A stretch of 32,000 nt of DNA from Zygophlyctis sp. KS116. Taxonomy: Eukaryota; Fungi; Chytridiomycota. The stretch lies in NCBI GenBank assembly GCA_054661495.1, contig BAAFSQ010000061.1, positions 1 to 32,000 of the forward strand, written 5' to 3'. Of this stretch, positions 23,847 to 32,000 are shown piece by piece (position 1 is the stretch's first letter; the number at the start of each line of letters is the position of its first letter). Under the pieces are notes generated by a model, which worked only from the letters and a program-made list of their open reading frames with translations, was not told the origin of the DNA and did not search any database. A program made the position numbers and the translations under genes.

Positions 23847-26800
23847 ATGCAATCGACAGACAGTGGAATATCATTCTCTTTAATCAAACGACCCACAGAA
23901 GAGTCGAGTTCAAGTAAAAGTGAAAATTCTCAAAGAAAGCCATTTAAGAATGTTCCTATTATACAGAAAGGAGGACCGAGTCTCGCCAATGCAGACGGGG
24001 AAAATTCAAAGGATCAGTCAAGTCAAAGAAAAGGAAAGGGGAAATTTAGATCAGATAATGAATCTGCTCTCAAAAGTAATCATCCCAAGGATGCTTATAA
24101 AGGAAAGGGTAAAAAAAGTCTGAAAGATGAGAAACGTGTTCATGAGCATGCAAGTACAGAATCTGTTGGTATTTTGATACACCAAGATGATGTATCAGGC
24201 ACAGGGCGCTCCAAATCTAACAGAAAAGGAAATACCCGATCTTCTCAAAATGAACGCAATACCAGATCTTCCCAGAATGAAGGAAATGATAGATCTTCCC
24301 AGAATGAAGGAAATGATAGATCTTCTCAAAATGAACGCAATTCCAGATCTTCCCAGAATGAAGGAAATGCTAGATCTTCTCAAAATGAAGGAAATGCTAG
24401 ATCTTCCCAGAATGAAGGAAATGCTAGATCTTCTCAAAATGAAGGAAATGCTAGATCTTCTCAAAATGAACGCAATACCAGATCTTCCCAGAATGAACGC
24501 AATACCAGATCTTCTCAAAATGAAGGAAATACCAGATCTTCCCAGAATGAAGGAAATGCTAGATCTTCCCAGAATAAAGGAAATGATAGATCTTCTCAAA
24601 ATGAAGGAAATGCTAGATCTTCTCAAAATGAACGCAATACCAGATCTTCCCAGAATGAAGGAAATACCAGATCTTCTCAAAATGAAGGAAATGCTAGATC
24701 TTCTCAAAATGAAGGAAATGCTAGATCTTCCCAGAATGAAGGGAAGAGACGATATTATAAAAAAAGAGGTGCGGGCCAAGAAGAAGTTCCAAAAGTAAGT
24801 GGTGGGCTATATAGACCGCAAAATTCTGGAAGAGGACAAAGATCACATGATCCAAGAGATCGAAAAATTAAAGGATCTCGTGCTGATGGAGAAGCGCCAA
24901 AAGAAGGAGTCAGAACGCTATACAAACATCATTATTCACTCAAGCAGGTAGAAGAAGGTTTAGAGGCAAAAACACTGTTTCAAGGTACTCTGCGTATTAA
25001 CAAGAAAAATCGGTATTTTTTGATGACTCATTATAGAGCTGAGTCTTATGTCACGGTAGTAGGGAGAGACGATGATGTATTCATTCAAGGAGTAGTCGCT
25101 AGAAATAGAGCACTTAATGGTGATATCGTCGTTATAGAGCTACTAAATGGAAAAGAGCATGATGCTGAGATGGTGAAACTAAAAAAAAATCGTCAAGAAA
25201 AATTAGAAAAGGATCAGGAAAGACAAAGTAAAGTTGCTATAGCAGATGACGAAGATCTTTTTGTAGACGAAATTGTTGAGAATGAAATAGATGATGAATT
25301 AGAAGGCGTGCCGATTACTGACATCACGGGTAAGTTTTACTAAGGTTTGACATCAAGCTGATAAAGTAATGTTTGGTAGAGTGGTCTACATAATTACCCG
25401 AACATTTAATCATAATGTGGCTGGAACTCTTCAAATTGAAAATTTTGGAGCACAGGATCCAAAGAGGATATGGTTTAAACCGGTAATGTCGCAATTTTTG
25501 AAATATAGATTGATAAAAGGATGCCGTTTTTTGTGGTTTCGAGGGAAATTGCTCCAAAAGAATTTTTGGAAAATCCAGAAGATTTTAGTAAAACTTTTTT
25601 CACGGCATCGATTACAAACTGGAATGCTCATTCAAGGCTCCCTTTAGCGCAAGTAACAGGGAAGCTTGGGCAGATGGGGGAACTTCCTATTGAAACACAA
25701 GCACTTTTGGCGGATGCAGGAGTTACTTGGAATGATTTTGATGATGTGATACTAAAAGATTTGCCTGCAACGGTATTTTTCGGTTCTAGTAACGACAATA
25801 GCCCTGGGAAATTCCACAGTCTGAAGTTGCTATACGAAGAGATTTTAGAAATGATTCCGTTTTCTCAATTGATCCTTTGACGGCAAAAGATCTTGTATTT
25901 TAATTTATTATTTTAAAAAAAAGGATGATGCGATATCTGTAAAATATTTAGATAATGGACTGATGGAAGTCGGTGTTCACATTGCTGACGTTTCACATTT
26001 CGTCAAGTCCGGTACTGAATTGGATAAGGAAGCTCATTTCCGTGCGACCACAGTTTATTTAGTTCAACGTGCTATTCCTATGCTGCCTCGTTTACTCTGT
26101 GAACAGCTATGTAGTCTGAATCCTGATGTTGATAGACTCTCATTTTCAGTTGTTTGGATGATGAATTCTAGTGCTGAAATCGTCGGAGAACCCTGGTTTG
26201 GAAAATCAATTATACGTTCCAGGGCCAAATTAGCCTATGAGCATGCCCAGGCCATTATTGAGGGGAAGGATTGGTCAAACTTGCCTCATGTATTGATGTC
26301 AAAAGATATTACCTTTGAAGAAATCAAAAGGAATGTATTGACATTTTATCAGTTAAGTAAACATTTGCGTAAAAGGCGATACGATAATGGTGCCTTATCT
26401 ATCCAGTCAATAAAACTTTGGTTTTCTTTAGATGATTTAGGCAATCCGACAAAAACTGGAATATATCAGATTAAAGATAGTAATCGATTGATTGAAGAGG
26501 TAAATGGCCTATCAAAAGTCTAAATTTAGTTTATGCTTCTTGCAAATATGGCGGTTGCTCACAAAATAAGCTCTACATTTTCAGAAGCTTCATTGCTAAG
26601 ATGCCATCCACCTCCGCTTCAGAAAGGACTGGACAAATTTTTAGAATTGGCAACAAAAGTTGGCTATGAATTTGATGCATCTTCATCTGGCTCATTACAT
26701 GAATCTTTTGAAAGAATTCAAGACCCTGTATTTTTCATTTTATTTCTAAATATCTAGATTATAAGGCATACATGGAGACTATTATCAATTAAGGTTATGA

Positions 26801-27664
26801 AAAGGGCAGCATATTTTAATACTGGAACACATGAATTGAATGCATTCAAACATTATGCCCTTTCTGTACCATTATATACTCACTTTACATCTCCAATTCG
26901 TAGATATGCAGATTTAGTAGTTCATAGAATGCTTCATGCAATTCTTCAGGGCGAAGAAAATCCTTATGATTCATCCAATGTTGTTGAAATCGCAAAGCAG
27001 TGTAACATTAGAAAAGAAACTGCAAAGACTGCCCAAGATGCTAGTATGAATTTATATCTGAGTAATTTTAAAAATCTAATACTTAGTTTCTCTTTTAAAT
27101 AATCTCTCAAAAGTGGAAGATCTTTGTGAATATGCAATAGTGACAGAAATTGGTAATCGTTCAATTGATGTAATTGTTCCTCGTTTTGGAATTGAAAAAC
27201 GTGTTTGGATTGAAGACCTTGTATCTGAAAATTCAGCCATTGGATGTCAATTAGATTCTAAAACCATGACTCTCAAAGTTCATTGGAAAAAAACCAAAAA
27301 CTCGTTGTCTTCTCTTTCATCTAAATTACAAGATATGAAATTAGAGGATCAACTTAAAAATGAAGTATTACTTGCAGAAGATGATAATGATGACAACTGG
27401 GAAGATCTCACAGAGAATGATACGCCTGTAGAAACCAAGGTTCAGTCCATTCGAATGTTTGACACGGTTAAAGTACGAATCCTTCCATTACTTGAACGAT
27501 CACCACCAACACTTCAATTGATTCTATTGTACCCAGCTCAAAATTATTCTACAAATGATATATTTTCAGTCGTGGAAGATATTTTTATTTTCAACTCTAA
27601 AGAAGGGGAATCACTGACTCAATCGTCAGCATCATGCCCAGGAATGGCTGATGATCGAGACTAG
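23847..27664 (+). CDS. DIS3L2: DIS3-like 3'-5' exoribonuclease 2 (RNase II/RNB family) with a repeat-expanded N-terminus
   Basis: CSD motifs GTLRIN and [14 protein letters not shown]. Intact catalytic [13 protein letters not shown] (split by an intron), [39 protein letters not shown]. No PIN domain. Introns 25013-25036, 25330-25357, 25483-25508, 25773-25801, 25895-25923, 26500-26529, 26728-26757 and 27062-27086. Confidence 0.9.
24231..24743 (+). repeat. 19 x 27-nt coding minisatellite encoding N[ATDS]RSSQNE[GR]
   Basis: Counted directly from the translation and DNA. Unit approximately aatgctagatcttctcaaaatgaagga. Confidence 0.95.
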
Positions 27665-27718
27665 TATTGAAATAAAATACATTATTTTATCAGCCGGTCG
27701 GGCCTTGAGAGTTTTAAA

Positions 27719-30271
<2,553 letters not shown>

Positions 30272-30685
30272 AGAATTCTTATTCATTTTAATGATCAGTT
30301 CACTTGAAATTTCATATCCATAGCCATGTTTGACCATTCATGTATTTCCTCTTCTCTTATATTTTGAGATATCTTCCAAATCTACATATCCGATGATTAT
30401 TGCTGCTGAATTTCACTCGAATTCAAATGCTATTTTGGACTCTTTCATTGGACAAGACAATCTTTGTATTGAAAGAAAAATGCATTCCGATGAAACTCTG
30501 GCACTAAAAGAAGAATATTGTCCGAATGCCATTGTTCATCCGCAGCTTAATCAAGTAGAACAATGCACAAACTATTCATTCAAAAAATAAATAATGATTC
30601 ATCTTATACGGAAAATAGAGAGTTCAGATCCATTCGTAGTTAACTGAGCCGATTTCCTATGGAGCGTCATTGGTTAGGCTGACAA

Positions 30686-32000
30686 ATGTCTTGTGCACTT
30701 GATGAATTGGAGCACTTATCTCTAGTTTCAAAGGTATCTACTGAGCTAGATAATCATCTTGGAATGAATGATAAAGTTCTTGCAGAATTTCTGATTCATT
30801 TGCATTCAGAATCAACAGATTTGGAATCATTTTCTGCATCTGTAAAGGGAGCGGCAGGAGGAGATTTCCCAAAAACGTTAATTGAATCTTTAGATCGCTT
30901 GATGAGGGCTCTAAAATCAAACTCAAATTCTAAACAATCGGCGTCACTAAAGAGTCAAAATGGTAAAATTCAGACTGGATTTCCCGGACTTTCGATTCCA
31001 GATGATCCAAGTCGTATAAGTAGACTGGAGAAGATCAATGATACATTTAATTCTTCTAATAATGATAAATTAAAGGATGATAATCATCATAAGAGCTCCA
31101 GTCATAAATCTGAAAAAAGAAGAGATCCATCTCCTATAAAAGAGTTGGATGAGAAGACTGTTGTAGGAAAAGTTTATCCTGGACGAGTCACAAATGTAAA
31201 AGATTTTGGGGCTTTTGTCTCTTTAAACGGTGTTAAGCAGAGAGCAGAAGGATTGGTTCACATTTCTAATATGCAAGATAATAGAGTAAATCATCCTTCA
31301 GATATAGTACAAAGGGGAGATAATGTTTACGTAAAGGTTTTAGAGATCAATGGAGATAGAATTAGGTTGTCAATGAAGGATGCAGATCAGAGGTCAGGAA
31401 GAGATTTGACTGAAAATGATGGTCAAGGAGGGATTCTATCTACAGATATGAGTAGTTCTTTAATTAATTCTCTAATGTCTAAAAAGACGGGAAAAAAGAG
31501 AATGACTTCTCCGGAACGTTTTGAAATTAAACAATTGATTGCTGCTGGGGTTGTAAATCCTAAAGATTATCCTGAACTGATGAATCAAGATCTGGAAGAG
31601 GATGGTACATCGGGATTTGTTGGTATGGAATTAGAAGAAGAAATTGATATTGAATTGAAAGAGGATGAGCCATTGTTTTTAAAGGTATTTATAGTTTATT
31701 CTAATTTTTAGGGTCAAACCAAGACTGCCGTTGAATTATCTCCTATTCGTATAGTTAAGAATCCTGACGGTTCTATGAATAGAGCCGCTATGACTGGTGC
31801 ATCTCTTGCTAAAGAAAGGCGTGAGTTAAAGCAGCAAAAGGCTTTGGAGAATAAAAAGGGGGAGGATGAGGAAGAGGATACTTCTACAACAGCATTTTCT
31901 GGAGATGTTAGAAGAAGGAAACATGAAGTCACATATGGAAAGAGAACTGATTTATCTATAAATGAGCAAAGGCAATCTCTGCCGATATTTAAATTAAGAG
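30686..32000 (+). CDS. PRP22: Pre-mRNA splicing DEAH helicase Prp22/DHX8 (5' part; runs off the window)
   Basis: LEHLSLVSKVSTELDNHLG, S1 domain (GRVTNVKDFGAFV, EGLVHIS), RMTSPERFEIKQLIAAG. After the 27-nt intron 31685-31711: ELSPIRIVKNPDGSMNRAA..EQRQSLPIF. Confidence 0.93.

Noticed and set aside
24231-24743. CRISPR-like array
   Set aside because: The 27-nt units are contiguous with no unique spacers, lie in frame within DIS3L2, and no cas genes are present in this eukaryotic DNA.
24187-24798. Overlapping ORFs 24187..24798 (+) and 24195..24779 (-) as real genes
   Set aside because: They are by-products of a stop-free 3n tandem repeat and end close to where the repeat ends.
23847-27664. Ssd1 pseudonuclease or Dis3/Rrp44
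   Set aside because: The catalytic [10 protein letters not shown] aspartates are intact, unlike Ssd1, and there is no N-terminal PIN domain, unlike Rrp44.

Overview
Eukaryotic, AT-rich, extremely gene-dense DNA from a fungus, most likely an early-diverging chytrid-like lineage. This placement is inferred from a fungal Trl1, fused ARG5,6, a PRS5-type PRPP synthetase, a Crinkler-type gene, and retained LAMTOR1/CSN8-like genes. By splicing the ORFs manually I reconstruct 18 protein-coding genes (the last is truncated by the window): a Cys-rich GPI-type surface protein, an Rtg3/MiT-TFE-like bHLH-ZIP factor, TAO3/Furry, a CRN-like NTPase+nuclease, a YMC-like mitochondrial carrier, LAMTOR1/Meh1, Trl1 tRNA ligase, a Rap-GAP, OTU1, a coiled-coil protein, a GPALPP-like protein, PER1, a CSN8-like protein, UBC6, PRS5, DIS3L2, ARG5,6 and PRP22. 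The most striking features are: (i) 37 predicted GT-AG introns, all 24-35 nt, whose acceptor is always the first AG ending at least 24 nt from the donor, suggesting ruler-like splicing; (ii) near-zero intergenic spacing, including an 8-nt same-strand stop/start overlap and a 17-nt convergent overlap; (iii) a Crinkler-like effector wedged among housekeeping genes; (iv) a 19 x 27-nt coding minisatellite in DIS3L2; (v) a CpG-depleted central domain. All gene models come from manual reading, with no RNA or database support.
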